Assembly (NCBI GenBank): GCA_963710605.1
Contig: CAVQBA010000004.1
Span: 928,001 to 992,000 of the forward strand
Length of the DNA: 64,000 nucleotides
From: an uncultured cyanobacterium
Lineage (GTDB): Bacteria > Cyanobacteriota > Cyanobacteriia > Cyanobacteriales > Cyanobacteriaceae
Direction of reading: 5' to 3'
Positions 42,977-53,828 of the stretch are shown in pieces. Every line of letters starts with the position of its first letter. Within the stretch, counting starts at the first letter, position 1. The notes beneath the pieces were generated by a model. That model was not told the origin of the DNA. It made no database searches and saw nothing but the letters and a program-made list of their open reading frames with translations. The position numbers were made by a program, and so were the translations under genes.

Positions 42977-45085
42977 GTGAGCAGACCACGTATGGTTGCT
43001 CCCCCGACACCTTGGTCAAAAAATTTGGCCGAACCAGTAGTTGACGATTCAGCTTATATTCACTCTTTTTCTTATTTAATAGGAGATGTTACCGTTGGGA
43101 CTAATGTTTTAGTTGCACCTGGTACTTCTATTCGTGCTGATGAAGGCACTCCTTTTTATATAGGCGATCGAAGTAATATTCAAGATGGAGTCGTAATACA
43201 CGGCTTAGAACAAGGAAGAGTCCGTGGGGACAATGGCAAAGAATATTCAGTGTGGATAGGATCAGATAGTTGTATTACTCATCTAGCCCTGATTCATGGT
43301 CCTGCCTATGTAGGTAATAACTGTTTTATCGGTTTCCGCTCGACAATTTTTAATGCCAGAGTAGGAAACGGTTGCATCATCATGATGCACGCTTTAATTC
43401 AAGATGTCGAAATACCACCGGGAAGATACGTTCCTTCTGGAGCAGTAATCACAAATCAGCAACAAGCAGATCGCTTACCATCTGTTACATCAGAAGACAA
43501 AGAGTTCGCAGCTCATGTAGCTGATGTTAATGAAGCCTTAGTTGTAGGTTACAACTGTGCCTCTGATTCTACGATTCGAGAAGGGCATCGGTCTTCAAAC
43601 AGGCAGAATTCCCCTAATTATAATAATAGTTCTCAAACAACAACTAATATGAGTTTAAGTTCAGATATTGTTAATCAAATCAGCTCCTTACTCAGACAAG
43701 GTTATACCATCGGAATTGAACACGCTAGTAAACGTCGTTTTAAAACCAAATCTTGGTTAACTGCATCTTTAAGTTCTACTAACGATCAAAGAGCTATTTT
43801 AGCTGAGTTAGAAGGCTTACTTTTTGAGTATAAAGGAGAATATGTTCGTTTAATTGGAGTTGATCCTCAAGTTAGACGACGTGTTTTAGAAATGATTATT
43901 CAGCGTCCTGATGACCAAAATCCAGGACAACCAAAATCAATCAATACTACTAAAAATAGATTGAATGGAAACGATCGATTTTCTTCATCCTCTAACGGTA
44001 ATGGAAACCATAATAATGGTAATGCCGATTGGGCTGGCGAAGTTCGCTCTTTAATTCAAGGCGGTTATAACATTGGTATTGAACACGCTAGTAAACGTCG
44101 TTTTAAAACCAAATCTTGGTTGACTGCATCTCAGATTGATACTAGTTCTGCAAATCAAGCAGTAAGTACGATCGAAGGTTATCTTCAAGATTTTCGTGGT
44201 GAATATGTGCGTTTAATCGGTGTCGATGCTGATGCTAAACGTCGTATTTCTCAAACTATCATTCAACGTCCTGATGATGTTAATGGTGGTAGTAGTAGTA
44301 GTAATGGCAATGGTAATGGTCGTTATCAACGTTCTAATAGCTATAACAGCAACGGTAACGGTAATGGTGGCGGTAGTGGAATGTTAAGTGGTGAAGCCCT
44401 TAAACAAGTACGCTCATTGTTATCCCAAGGATATAAAATTGGTACCGAACACGCTGACAAACGTCATTTTAAAGCCAAATCTTGGAAATCTTGTAGCCCG
44501 ATCGATAGCCAAAATGAAGGTCAAGTTGTTGCCGCTTTAGAACATTGTTTATTAGAGCATAACAACGAATACGTTCGTATGATTGGTATTGATGCTGATG
44601 CTAGAAGACGTGTTTTAGAAATGATGATTCAACGTCCAGGTGATAATAACGGTAACTCAGGTAACGGTTATTCAACTGTTACTTCGACTAGCTTAAATGA
44701 CAGTCGTGGTGGACATAATAAGCACGTGAATGATGGCTTTACTACCAGTGGTTATCAAGGAAATACTACTTCTAATGGTCGTTACGGCGGTTATACCAGT
44801 ACCAGCGATACTAGTGCAGGAGCATCTTTAGATTCTAAGACAATCTCTCAAGTACGTTCGTTGTTATCCCAAGGATACAAAATCGGTACCGAACACGCTG
44901 ATAAACGTCACTTTAAAGTTAAATCTTGGAAATCTTGTCACCCTTTTAAAAATACAAGTGAAGGACAAGTTCTCACTGAATTACAAGGTTGTTTACAAGA
45001 ACATGATGGTGAATATGTTCGTTTAATTGGTATTGATACGAATGCCAAACGTCGTGTTTTAGAAACTATCATTCAAAGACCATAA
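42977..45085 (+). CDS. ccmM: CcmM: gamma-carbonic-anhydrase-like domain plus four RbcS-like (SSUL) repeats
   Basis: [14 protein letters not shown]; four copies of GY.IG.EHA.KR.FK.KSW...EYVR.IG.D..A.RR..E.IIQRP. Confidence 0.97.
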   Translation: MSRPRMVAPPTPWSKNLAEPVVDDSAYIHSFSYLIGDVTVGTNVLVAPGTSIRADEGTPFYIGDRSNIQDGVVIHGLEQGRVRGDNGKEYSVWIGSDSCITHLALIHGPAYVGNNCFIGFRSTIFNARVGNGCIIMMHALIQDVEIPPGRYVPSGAVITNQQQADRLPSVTSEDKEFAAHVADVNEALVVGYNCASDSTIREGHRSSNRQNSPNYNNSSQTTTNMSLSSDIVNQISSLLRQGYTIGIEHASKRRFKTKSWLTASLSSTNDQRAILAELEGLLFEYKGEYVRLIGVDPQVRRRVLEMIIQRPDDQNPGQPKSINTTKNRLNGNDRFSSSSNGNGNHNNGNADWAGEVRSLIQGGYNIGIEHASKRRFKTKSWLTASQIDTSSANQAVSTIEGYLQDFRGEYVRLIGVDADAKRRISQTIIQRPDDVNGGSSSSNGNGNGRYQRSNSYNSNGNGNGGGSGMLSGEALKQVRSLLSQGYKIGTEHADKRHFKAKSWKSCSPIDSQNEGQVVAALEHCLLEHNNEYVRMIGIDADARRRVLEMMIQRPGDNNGNSGNGYSTVTSTSLNDSRGGHNKHVNDGFTTSGYQGNTTSNGRYGGYTSTSDTSAGASLDSKTISQVRSLLSQGYKIGTEHADKRHFKVKSWKSCHPFKNTSEGQVLTELQGCLQEHDGEYVRLIGIDTNAKRRVLETIIQRP

Positions 45086-45108
45086 TCTTTAGTTAATAAT
45101 TGATAATT

Positions 45109-45158
45109 GCGGTCGAACTTCGGCGAGGTTTTCTCGCCTAGGAAACGCCGACTAAGAC
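45109..45158. repeat. GC-rich ~50-bp palindromic insert inside AT heptamer repeats
   Basis: GGCGAG-GTTTT-CTCGCC and TCGGCG...CGCCGA pairings. Confidence 0.4.
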
Positions 45159-45406
45159 GATAATTAATAATTTGTCTTTTATCAATTATTTTTCTATGCA
45201 AATCTTTTGGTCTTAAAAAGAAAACAAAACAGGTGTTGCCAATCTAAGCAGAATTTCTAACTTAGAACTAAAAAAAGCAACATATTTATTTAATTGTTAA
45301 TTTTAATTGGCTAACTAATTTATAACAAGAATGTTTATGTTGATTGCCCATTGCTAAATTTACTTTATTTATTTGAAAATATTAATCTTATTTTTCATTA
45401 ATCGGG

Positions 45407-46612
45407 ATGTCTTTACCCATTCTCCAACCCCAATCTACAACCAACCCTCCTCAAATACGAGGTGATGTCACGATCGATCCTAATGTGATGATTGCTTCAG
45501 GAGTCATTTTGAATGCTACCCTTGGTTATCAGATAATCATCCATGCGGGTGTTTGTTTAGGTATGGGAACTATTATCACAGCCCATCAAGGTAATGTAGA
45601 AATTGAAGCTAACGCTATTCTAGGACCTGGTACTTTAATCTTAGGTAATTGTACAATAGGATCTCAAGCTTCATTGGGAACTTCAGTCACTGTCTATAAT
45701 GCTGATGTTGATGCTCTTGCCGTTATTTCTGCAGGTTCGATTATCGGTGATTCTTCTCGTCGTGTAGAGACAGTTGTCACAGAAAGTGTAGTTATTGATC
45801 AAGCAGAAGATATTATTCCTGCGGATAAAACTCGACACCAATCAATAAATAATAATAAAACTACATCGGCTCCTTCTCCAACACATAATAGCCACAATAA
45901 TATTAATACTGATAACAATCTTATTGATAAAATCAATCAATTAAATCAAAACGGTTATTCTCCTCATTCACCTGATATTTCTACTGCACAACCTGCCAAA
46001 GTCAAATCTCTTGATGAAGTAGAAGCGATGAAAGTAGGTAAAACAAAATCGATCGATCAAACCGAAGTTAGGAAACCAAGTAGAGTAGAATCGATTAATC
46101 AAACCGACAACGAAGTTAGGAATACGGGTAAGACAAAATCCCTAGAAGAAATCGAAGCGATGAAAGCTAGTAAACCAAAATCGATCGGTGAAACTGAGAC
46201 AGTCAAAAAAGGTAAGATAAAGTCGCTAGACGAAATTGAAGCGATGAAAGTGTTTAAAATAGCAGAAGAAAAAGCCAGAATACAAAACATAATAGAAACA
46301 AATAATCAACAACTATCATCACCACCTGCTCAGCAACCACGTCAGCAAATTAGTACCGAAGACGAGAAAAAGAAATATCAATCATATTTTTATCAAAATT
46401 ATCTCAACAAAGATATCCAATCATCGAATTCGCCAAGTAATAATCAATCACCACCAATAACATCAGAAGATACTCTACCTAATTCACCATCTAATTTATC
46501 TTCATCGCAATCGCAAAGTTTGGCTAAACCGCAACAAGTTGCTGGTAAAGCGTATATAAATCGTTTGCTTTATACACTTTTTCCTCATAAAAACAAGACA
46601 GATCATATATAA
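45407..46612 (+). CDS. ccmN: CcmN with a long repeat-containing linker
   Basis: N-terminal hexapeptide beta-helix (GDVTID..V.IASGVIL); C-terminal encapsulation peptide VAGKAYINRLLYTLFPH. Confidence 0.9.
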   Translation: MSLPILQPQSTTNPPQIRGDVTIDPNVMIASGVILNATLGYQIIIHAGVCLGMGTIITAHQGNVEIEANAILGPGTLILGNCTIGSQASLGTSVTVYNADVDALAVISAGSIIGDSSRRVETVVTESVVIDQAEDIIPADKTRHQSINNNKTTSAPSPTHNSHNNINTDNNLIDKINQLNQNGYSPHSPDISTAQPAKVKSLDEVEAMKVGKTKSIDQTEVRKPSRVESINQTDNEVRNTGKTKSLEEIEAMKASKPKSIGETETVKKGKIKSLDEIEAMKVFKIAEEKARIQNIIETNNQQLSSPPAQQPRQQISTEDEKKKYQSYFYQNYLNKDIQSSNSPSNNQSPPITSEDTLPNSPSNLSSSQSQSLAKPQQVAGKAYINRLLYTLFPHKNKTDHI

Positions 46613-46665
46613 CAGAGAACAGTTAACAGTGAACAATGAACAATGAATAATTAACTCATTACTCC

Positions 46666-47727
46666 TTACTTCTCAATTATTCCCATCTTTACAGCCATTT
46701 GCTGAATAATTGGGTTGTTTGGTTCTCTTTTTAGGGCTAAGTGAGCATACTTACGACTGAGATCGTCTTTTCCAGCTTTTCTAGCTGTTCTGGCATATTG
46801 CATGGCATACATACCAGCTTGAGGAAAATCAGTTAAAACTTTTTGATAATTTTCTTCTATTTCTGTCCAAACTTCAGGACGATTATAATAAGCTTTTCTG
46901 TCAGGATAAAAAGTAGATAACCTCTCATGAGCTTGTACAAGTATTAAAGGTATTAAAGTCTTTCTAGGAGCATTTTCAACGGCTTCTCTGGCAAAGGTTA
47001 ATAACTCTACTTCACTTCCATACCAATTAGGATCAAGATACCTTGCTTTTTGACGGTAGTTGTAAGCCATATAAGAAAATTCGTTATTAGCTTGTCGAAA
47101 ATATTCTTCAAATTGCTCACGAGGCATACCTGTACTCGCACCAACAGTTAATATATGAGATAATAAGATAGGATTATTTGCATCTAGTTGTAATGCTTTT
47201 TGAGTATCTTCGATACTTAAAGATAAGTAGTAATGATATTTTTCCATTACGTTTTTAGGCGTTTCATTAGCAGAATTAGTACCTCTTATTTCCCATCCAT
47301 ATCTATAGTAAAACATTGCTCTAGTGGTATAAGCTAAAGAGCTATCAGGACTTTGTTTTATCCAACTATCAAAAGCATTAATCCAATTTTGGTCGAAATA
47401 AGGGGCGTAATCGTTAAATCCAGTTCTTAGTACGCTAATCGCATAATATGTACCTCCACGAGTAATATAAGAATTGTCAATCGCTTCATTTAAGACATTT
47501 TCAATTTCGTCATATTTACCTTCATATAAATGTTTAATCACAACTCTTGATTGTTTTTCAAAAGTAACTGGTGCTTGTTTTCTCGGCGTAAATTTAGTAT
47601 TGGTAACAGAAGTAGTAAAAGATGATGAATCAGTCGATTGTGGAGTGTTAAACTGATTGCCAGCACAATATCTTACTCCTACCGTAACCGTAATAGTTAG
47701 TAACGTAATGACTATTTTTCTATACAT
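46666..47727 (-). CDS. DUF4034-like membrane-anchored alpha-helical protein
   Basis: N-terminal TM; W....PDS..AY..RA......WEIRG...A; L.P.WYGS. Confidence 0.65.
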   Translation of the reverse strand: MYRKIVITLLTITVTVGVRYCAGNQFNTPQSTDSSSFTTSVTNTKFTPRKQAPVTFEKQSRVVIKHLYEGKYDEIENVLNEAIDNSYITRGGTYYAISVLRTGFNDYAPYFDQNWINAFDSWIKQSPDSSLAYTTRAMFYYRYGWEIRGTNSANETPKNVMEKYHYYLSLSIEDTQKALQLDANNPILLSHILTVGASTGMPREQFEEYFRQANNEFSYMAYNYRQKARYLDPNWYGSEVELLTFAREAVENAPRKTLIPLILVQAHERLSTFYPDRKAYYNRPEVWTEIEENYQKVLTDFPQAGMYAMQYARTARKAGKDDLSRKYAHLALKREPNNPIIQQMAVKMGIIEK

Positions 47728-48170
47728 AGCTATATCGCTAATGATAAGTTATTCTAATTATTATTATTAACTATTTAGTTCACTTGGTAAAGAATAATGA
47801 TGATGAATTGTTGATAATATTTGAACTAAACTTATTTCAATTTGATAAATTTCGCATTAATTTTGACGCTCAAAATCTCAACTTTTCTGTTGTATTCTAT
47901 GTTAAAACTTTTTGAAGAATCGATCGTATAATTTTATTAATTGTTGATTAATTAAACAAAAATACACAAAATGTCAAAAGGGAAAAGTTCTAAGAGCAAA
48001 GACGGGATTTTAAACCCTTTATTTTTTAATGATCAAGTTTATAAATATTTAAAAAATAGCCTAAATATTTAGAGCAAAAGTTTACCTAATCAGCTCAAAT
48101 AAATAGGTAAACTGTCAAAAAGATCGTGCCGAATAATTAGAGGATTAATCTCGATCGAATTTATTCAATA

Positions 48171-48806
48171 TTACGGATAGATTTCTGCCTCGGTTATTCC
48201 TAATTCCGAAGCTAGTGCAGTTTGCAAATCAGCAGGTAGCAAAACTCTATTTACAGCATGAATAACACCATTACTAGCTTCGATATCAGCCATGATGACG
48301 TTAGCATTATTTATAATAACTCCATCATCATTTACTTCTATTGCTAATCCTCCATCAAGACTTTCTACTTCACCACTTGATATTTCACTTGATGTAACTT
48401 TATTTGGTAAGACATGATAAGAAAGCACTTTTTGTAAAACTGTTTTGTTTTCGGGCTTTAATAAGTACTCCAACGCACCATCTGGCAACTGGCTAAATGC
48501 TTCATTTGTGGGAGCAAAAACTGTATAGGATGCAGTATCATCAGATAATACTTCTACTAATTCTGCCGCTCCTACTGCTTTTACTAAAGTACTAAATGTT
48601 TCGTTTCCTACTGCTACTTCAACAATATTTCCTACTGCTGAGCTACTCGAATCACTTACCGGCATTTTTTCCATTTCCGAAGAAGATACTTTTGTACCTG
48701 AGCAATCATCAGCTAATGCAGGAAAAACAGACATTGAACTTATTCCTAAAATAGTAGCGAGGACAACTATTATCTGAGAAGTTTTTGTTAAGTTATTAAG
48801 TTTCAT
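48171..48806 (-). CDS. Fasciclin (FAS1) domain protein
   Basis: FSTLV.AV.AA.L, TVFAPTNEAF, L.YHV, ASNGVIH. Confidence 0.92.
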   Translation of the reverse strand: MKLNNLTKTSQIIVVLATILGISSMSVFPALADDCSGTKVSSSEMEKMPVSDSSSSAVGNIVEVAVGNETFSTLVKAVGAAELVEVLSDDTASYTVFAPTNEAFSQLPDGALEYLLKPENKTVLQKVLSYHVLPNKVTSSEISSGEVESLDGGLAIEVNDDGVIINNANVIMADIEASNGVIHAVNRVLLPADLQTALASELGITEAEIYP

Positions 48807-49205
48807 AATATTGCGAAATATAAAGTTATATAACAATAGTAATATTGATTAGATTTATCTTTATCTAACTTTAGACATAGATTAAATCATGAAAATATCA
48901 ATAATTGAAATATTAGAATAATAGTAATTAATTACTATCTTTTTTTAATAATAAAACGAGGCTTTTTCTTCTTGATCTTGATTTGTTTAATAGAGTAATA
49001 TCATCAGAAAAAATGTTTAATTTAAGCTAAAAGAGTTTTGAAGATAGCTTTGAATATATTACACATTGCATACACATAATTCAATAAAACTAGCGAATAC
49101 TTTTTAATTATTTAGAATTAGAATAATAGTTCAGCCTTTATTTGTGTCTTCAGTAACTGGTATATTTGTAATGGATAGTGTTGTTGATTAGGGAATTGTT
49201 GACTA

Positions 49206-50402
49206 ATGAAATTTTCTGCTTTAGATTCTTTAAAAGAAAACTTCCGTAAAACCTTCGATTTATTTCGGGTAGATGAAGCTCAAATCGCTGAAATATTAGA
49301 GTCAGTTCGATCGCAATTACCGACAACATCAGCACTTTTGATTGGTAAACCACAAGCAGGAAAAAGTTCGATCGTACGTGGTTTAACTCAAGTAGGAAGC
49401 GATATTGTCGGTCAAGGTTTTCGCCCTCATACTCAAAACACTGAACGTTATGCTTACCCATCCGATGATTTACCGTTACTCATTTTTACTGATACGGTTG
49501 GCTTAGGAGATGGCTTACAAAATGTCGAAGAAATTATCACTGAATTAAATCAAGAGTTAGAAAGCAAAAAAAATCAAGCTACAATTTTGATTGTTACAGT
49601 TAAGATTAATGATTTTGCCACTGATAGCTTAAAAGAAATTATCACTGAACTTAAAGAAAAACATCCTCAAATACCTTGTTTATTAGTCGTTACTTGTGTT
49701 CATGAACTTTACCCGAACATTGATACACCTCACCCTAATTATCCGCCTCTTTTACTCTCAGTTAATCAAGCATTTGACACCATTAAAGATAATTTTAAGG
49801 ATTTATTCGATCGAGCGATTTTAATTGATTTTACCCTTGAAGAAGATGGTTATGATCCTGTTTTTTATGGTTTAGAGACTCTAATTGATTCTTTAGCTGA
49901 ATTATTACCTTCAGCCGAAGCACAGACAATACATCAACTTTTAGATGAAACGGCTGATTCTCAGTTAGGTGATTTATACAGAGAAGTAGCCAGACGCTAT
50001 ATTTTGGCTTTTTCGGTGATGGCGGCAACACTTTCGGCAGTCCCTCTCCCTTTTGCGACTATGCCTGTTCTAACAGCGTTAGAAGTGACAATGGTGGGTG
50101 TTTTAGGTAAACTTTACGGTCAAAAAATAAGTATTACTCAAGCTGGAGGAATCTTAAGTGCGATCGCAGGAGGATTTATAGCCAAAGCGATCGGTCGAGA
50201 ATTACTTAAATTTGTGCCGGGTTTAGGTTCAGTTGTTGCCGCTTCTTGGGCAGGTGCTTATACATGGGCTTTAGGAGAAGGTGCTTGTAGTTATTTTGGT
50301 GATATGGCAGGAGGTAAAAACCCCGACCCCCAAAAGATTCAAGAAGTTATGAGAACGGCATTTGCTGATGCCCAAAAACGTTTTAAAGATAACAAAAAGT
50401 AA
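49206..50402 (+). CDS. GTPase with C-terminal YcjF/DUF697-like membrane domain
   Basis: GKPQAGKSS P-loop, DTVG; hydrophobic PLPFA...K.VPGLGS region. Confidence 0.8.
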   Translation: MKFSALDSLKENFRKTFDLFRVDEAQIAEILESVRSQLPTTSALLIGKPQAGKSSIVRGLTQVGSDIVGQGFRPHTQNTERYAYPSDDLPLLIFTDTVGLGDGLQNVEEIITELNQELESKKNQATILIVTVKINDFATDSLKEIITELKEKHPQIPCLLVVTCVHELYPNIDTPHPNYPPLLLSVNQAFDTIKDNFKDLFDRAILIDFTLEEDGYDPVFYGLETLIDSLAELLPSAEAQTIHQLLDETADSQLGDLYREVARRYILAFSVMAATLSAVPLPFATMPVLTALEVTMVGVLGKLYGQKISITQAGGILSAIAGGFIAKAIGRELLKFVPGLGSVVAASWAGAYTWALGEGACSYFGDMAGGKNPDPQKIQEVMRTAFADAQKRFKDNKK

Positions 50403-50404
50403 AA

Positions 50405-50513
50405 TATAGCAATTATCACCATTACGAGGTACATATCGATCCCCCTAAATCCCCCTTGTTAAGGGGGACTTGTCGATCGCTAACTGTACTTCACAAGTAT
50501 GGGAAACGCTATA
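50405..50513 (+). mobile_element. TATAGC...GCTATA mini element (109 bp, simplest form)
   Basis: TATAGCAATT..GAGGTACA..CCCCCTAAATCCCCCTTGTTAAGGGGGACTT..TGTACTTCAC..GGGAAACGCTATA. Confidence 0.7.
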
Positions 50514-51474
50514 TCAGTAGGGAATTAAATTAAGATCTTGAAATATAAGCTGTAATGAAACAAGAAAGACGAGCATGGGCTAAATCCATCGAAAAACCAG
50601 GTGTTGAATTTCCTCTAACTCAATTAAAAGTAATTTCTGGCAAAATACCACCAATAACAGGTAGTCTTTATCAAAATGGGGCAGGGCGTTTAGAACGAGG
50701 CGGACAAAAAGTCGGGCATTGGTTTGATGGAGATGGTGCTGTTTTAGCAGTACATTTTGAACAAGAGCGAGCAACTGCTGTTTATCGATATGTTCAGACA
50801 AAAGGATACCTAGAAGAAACATCAGCTAATAAATTACTATACGGTAATTACGGTATGACCGCTCCTGGAGCAATTTGGAATAGATGGTTAAAACCCGTCA
50901 AAAATAGTGCAAATACTTCTGTTTTAGCTTTAAGCGATCGTTTATTAACACTATGGGAAGGCGGTCAACCTCATGCTTTAGATTTAAAAGATTTAACGAC
51001 TTTAGGTTTAGATTGTTTAGATCAATTAGAATCAGGATTGAATTATTCGGCACATCCAAAACGAGATCCTCTTACTGATAGAATTTATAACTTTGGGGTT
51101 AATATCGATGGTTTTGATGCTAAATTAAATCTTTACGAAAGTAACCCTGAAGGAAAAATAACTAAAAAATCAGCTTTTTCGTTAAAAGGTATTCCTTTAG
51201 TACATGATTTTGTCATGGCTGGCTCTTATCTTATTTTTCTGATTCCACCTGTGAGACTTGATTTTTTCTCAATAATTAGTGGTTTTTCTAGTTATAGCGA
51301 TGCTTTGAAATGGCATCCGGAGTTAGGAACTCAAATTTTGGTTTTTGACCGAGACAACCTACAATTAGTAAGTCAAGGACAAACAGATTCTTGGTTTCAA
51401 TGGCATTTTGGCAACGGTTATCAAGATACATTGGGTAACGTTACGCTAGATTTTGTCCGCTATGAAGATTTTAA

Positions 51475-52871
51475 CAAAATGGAGAAAGAAGTCCCACACT
51501 CTATTTTTCGATTAACATACCCATAAAATGAGTGATGGGATGAATTTCAACCAACAAAGCAAAGTCTGATTAAGACATTAGTTCCAAAATTACAATCTTG
51601 TGGTAAGATTATTTTCTCATGATTTATAGTAAATGATAAATGCACAGAGCTATCAAAATCAGATTGTATCCAACTAGTACTCAAGCCCAAAAACTGACTC
51701 AAGTAATGGGTTGCAGTCGTTGGTGGTATAATTATGCACTGGATTTATGTAATAAAACTTATAAAGAAACAGGTAAGGGGCTCAATCGTTCAGCTATAAA
51801 TGCCTATTTGCCCAAACTAAAAAGCGATGAACAGACAGCTTGGTTAAAAGAATGCTACTCTCAAGTCTTACAGTCAGCAACTCTTAATCTCACTAAAGCA
51901 TTTAAAAACTTCTTTGAGAAACGAGCAAAATACCCACGGTTTAAAAGTTACCATGGTAAACAGTCTTGTCAGTATCCACAAAGTGTTTTGATCATTGATG
52001 GATGTTTGAAAATACCACAATTAGGTTTAGTTAAAGCCTCTATTCATCGTATCTTTGAGGGTAAGATTAAAACGGTTACTGTAAGTAAAACACCAACAGG
52101 TAAATACTTTGCGAGTCTTCTATTTGAGACAGAAGAGGAACTCCCAAAGGTTATTGTGACAGGTAAGATAGCTGGTATTGATTTAGGGATTAAACATTTT
52201 GCTATCGTCAATGATGGTACTAAAACAAGCAAGTATTCTAATCCTAGACAGATTAAAAAACATGAAAGGAACTTACGGCGAAAACAGCAAAAACTGGCTC
52301 GTAAGCAAAAAGGTTCTAAACAAAGAGAAAAAGCACGACTGTTAGTAGCTAAAGTACACGAACATACAAGCAATGCCCGTCACGATTTCGTGCACAAACT
52401 TTCGAGAAAGATTGTTGATAATAATCAAGTAATCTGCGTCGAAAAACTAAATATCAAGGGTATGGTTCGTAATCACTGTTTAGCCAAAGCAATATCTGAT
52501 GTTGGATGGGGAACTTTGATCAATTTCTTGGACTATAAACTCAAACTTAAAGGTGGGTTATTAGTTGAAGTTGACAGATGGTTTCCGAGTTCAAAAACTT
52601 GTTCCAACTGCTTAGAGCAAATGTCTGAAATGCCTTTAGACGTAAGAGAGTGGACTTGTCCTAGTTGTGGTACTATCCATGACAGGGATGAAAATGCTTC
52701 AAAAAATATAAGAGCCGAAGGAATAAGAATAATACAAACGGATGGAACAGCCGTTTCTGCATCTGGAGAATCAGTAAGACCAAAAGGTGGGCGTAAGTCT
52801 GTCTTGAGGCATGAATCTGTGAAGGATGAAGCCTACACTATAAATTTTTAATTTTAGTGTGGGTAGTTCAC
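51475..52871 (+). mobile_element. IS200/IS605-family element, tnpB only (IS1341-like)
   Basis: Inserted 3' of TTTAA with no TSD; left hairpin CCCACACTC..GAGTGATGGG, right hairpin CCTACACTA..TAGTGTGGG, ends in TTCAC. Confidence 0.88.
51640..52851 (+). CDS. tnpB: RNA-guided endonuclease TnpB
   Basis: KIRLYPT HTH, RuvC GIDLG, VEKL, SSKTCSNC/WTCPSC Zn finger, HDRDENAS. Confidence 0.95.
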   Translation: MHRAIKIRLYPTSTQAQKLTQVMGCSRWWYNYALDLCNKTYKETGKGLNRSAINAYLPKLKSDEQTAWLKECYSQVLQSATLNLTKAFKNFFEKRAKYPRFKSYHGKQSCQYPQSVLIIDGCLKIPQLGLVKASIHRIFEGKIKTVTVSKTPTGKYFASLLFETEEELPKVIVTGKIAGIDLGIKHFAIVNDGTKTSKYSNPRQIKKHERNLRRKQQKLARKQKGSKQREKARLLVAKVHEHTSNARHDFVHKLSRKIVDNNQVICVEKLNIKGMVRNHCLAKAISDVGWGTLINFLDYKLKLKGGLLVEVDRWFPSSKTCSNCLEQMSEMPLDVREWTCPSCGTIHDRDENASKNIRAEGIRIIQTDGTAVSASGESVRPKGGRKSVLRHESVKDEAYTINF

Positions 52872-52890
52872 CCAAACTAATCAACATTTG
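52700..52890 (+). ncRNA. Predicted TnpB reRNA/omegaRNA (right-end scaffold plus flanking guide); boundaries approximate
   Basis: Inferred from known TnpB biology and the right-end hairpin; not directly visible. Confidence 0.45.
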
Positions 52891-53469
52891 AAAGAAGTAC
52901 CATTAGGGCAAACTTCAACTTTTACACTAGGTACTTTATGGAAAATGTGTCTTAATCCACACACAGCAGAAGTTTTACTTTTAGAACAAGTTACCCAACG
53001 AGCGGTTGATTTTCCGATGGTTAGTTCGACTCAAGTAGGACAAAAATGGTCATCTACTTATTTAAATATTCATCGTCAAGGAATTGATCCAATTCAAGAG
53101 CGTTATAATACGATCGCTCGTTTTGATTACGAAAATAATACTTTAACTGAAGCTGACTTAGGAGAAAATTGTTATCCTTCGGAAGTAACTATAGTACCTT
53201 CAACTGAAGAGCCGGCAAAGGATTGGATTTTAACTGTAGTTTATGATGGAAACTCTCATTGCTCTCAACTTTATATTTTTGATAGTGAAAGACTAACTGA
53301 TGAACCTGTTTGTATTTTAGCATTACCGACAGTTATTCCTTTACCATTTCATAGCACTTGGAATAGTGCTGAGTGAGTTAATCAATAAACGTCTAATTTG
53401 AATTTGAAGTTAAAGACAAAAGTATAAATCATCAAAGCTATATTATATTTCTCGATCGTAAGTGGTAAC

Positions 53470-53585
53470 TATAGTCGAATGAATTTGTGATTACTTATAC
53501 TTTCGCCAACCCCTCACTCATCTCCCCTTCAAAGAGGAGACTTTCATCAACACAAAAAGTGCAGTTATAAATTCATTTAGCTATA
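53470..53585 (+). mobile_element. Divergent TATAG...CTATA mini element
   Basis: Same terminal bases; core CCCCTCAC..TCTCCCCTT..AAGAGGAGACTT. Confidence 0.45.
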
Positions 53586-53828
53586 TAACTAACTAGAGCG
53601 TGTAATACAGTTTGTGTTTGGCTGATGTAACTTGTCAAATTTTAATCTGATTTAGATTAGATGTATTTAAGTATTATTAAGAAAATTAAAAAAACTAATC
53701 TTAGTGACTGGGTTAATCTTATGATGATTAATTAATAATCGATTGAGAAATTAGATCATTTTTCAGCATTATCGATCGATTTATAGACAATTGTTAATTG
53801 TTAATTGTTAATTATTCATTGTTAAAAT

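Larger units (their letters stand above)
50555..53376 (+). pseudogene. Carotenoid oxygenase (RPE65/lignostilbene dioxygenase family) gene interrupted by an IS
   Basis: HWFDGDG, NSANTS, SAHPK, HDF, WHFGN in the 5' part; PSE, LP...P..FH.TW in the 3' part; removing 51475-52871 restores YEDFN-QTNQHL in frame. Confidence 0.88.

Noticed and set aside
51475-51640. IStron (group I intron fused to the IS) rescuing the oxygenase by splicing
   Set aside because: Only ~165 nt lie upstream of tnpB, there is no recognisable group I core, and the element ends in TTCAC rather than a terminal G
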